Source: Phycisphaera mikurensis NBRC 102666 (GTDB lineage: Bacteria > Planctomycetota > Phycisphaerae > Phycisphaerales > Phycisphaeraceae). From it: a stretch of 32,000 nt of DNA. The translations under genes were made by a program, and so were the position numbers. The notes beneath the pieces were generated by a model. It did no database searches. It worked only from the letters and a program-made list of their open reading frames with translations, and was not told the DNA's origin. This document shows positions 31,725 through 32,000 of this stretch, one piece after another. The stretch covers positions 90,001-122,000 of the forward strand of contig NC_017080.1 in NCBI RefSeq assembly GCF_000284115.1, in the 5' to 3' direction. Numbering within the stretch: position 1 is the stretch's first letter; the number at the start of each line of letters is the position of its first letter.

Positions 31725-32000
31725 TCAGCCGGCTTGGCCCAGCGTCTCGGGGTCGAGCAGGCGCCCGGCCGCGGCGGCCTTTCGGAGGGCTTGGAGGAGG
31801 CCGGGCACCACGCGCTGCACGCCGCCGGCGGTGGGCCGGTCGACCACGCATCCGGCGGGCAGGTCCTCGACCTCCGCCGCCGCGTGCAGCGCCTCGATCG
31901 CGTGGGCGTGGGCGAGCCCCGCCCCCAGCGTGGCGTACGGCGCGTCCGGCCGCGGGACGCCGCGGCACAGGTCGACGAAGCGGGGCAGGACGCGGGCGCG
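31725..32000 (-). CDS. 3' end of an unidentified protein-coding gene; the gene starts beyond the right edge of the window
   Basis: Not in the ORF track. My own minus-strand translation ends ...PYATLGAGLAHAHAIEALHAAAEVEDLPAGCVVDRPTAGGVQRVVPGLLQALRKAAAAGRLLDPETLGQAG* with the stop as TCA at 31725-31727. The frame is open across all 92 codons and GC3-saturated. The overlapping track ORF 31333..31968 is Arg-rich junk. Confidence 0.5.
   Translation of the reverse strand, partial: RARVLPRFVDLCRGVPRPDAPYATLGAGLAHAHAIEALHAAAEVEDLPAGCVVDRPTAGGVQRVVPGLLQALRKAAAAGRLLDPETLGQAG

Noticed and set aside
1-32000. CRISPR arrays, transposases, prophage or known defence-system genes
   Set aside because: I scanned both strands and all intergenic regions. 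The only repeats found are the ones reported, and no cas, IS or phage-like coding sequences are recognisable.

Overview
Very GC-rich bacterial chromosomal window (by eye well above 70% G+C, with third codon positions almost all G or C). The gene style fits a Planctomycetota/Phycisphaerae-like genome, but that assignment is only an inference. I support about 27 protein genes and one tRNA. Most are housekeeping: yebC, mnmA, gltX, uppS, purA, msrB, queD, rsmG, thrC, trxB and tRNA-Val(TAC). Most of the long Arg/Pro/Gly-rich ORFs in the six-frame track are high-GC shadow ORFs, and several real genes had to be trimmed to internal starts. Four things deserve a second look. (1) A KaiA-less kaiB-kaiC clock-type cluster (7684-9617). 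kaiB and kaiC share an ATGA overlap. A PAS/HisKA_3-type sensor kinase follows, and its phospho-acceptor His appears replaced by Ala in my hand alignment. An aldehyde dehydrogenase then overlaps the kinase stop, and a decaying tandem repeat lies in the kaiB leader. (2) A family of ~165-bp palindromic elements at gene 3' ends, with two full copies (13954-14115, 31551-31719) and one 27-nt fragment (12366-12392). The flanks and outer arms of the two full copies are co-oriented, but the 52-nt core is inverted between them (flip/flop). (3) A different ~154-nt extended hairpin that starts inside the thrC stop codon. (4) An uncharacterised pair made of a 656-aa exported protein and a 945-aa polytopic membrane protein. 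I saw no CRISPR array, transposase, integrase or recognisable defence genes. All calls come from manual reading; no database search was possible.
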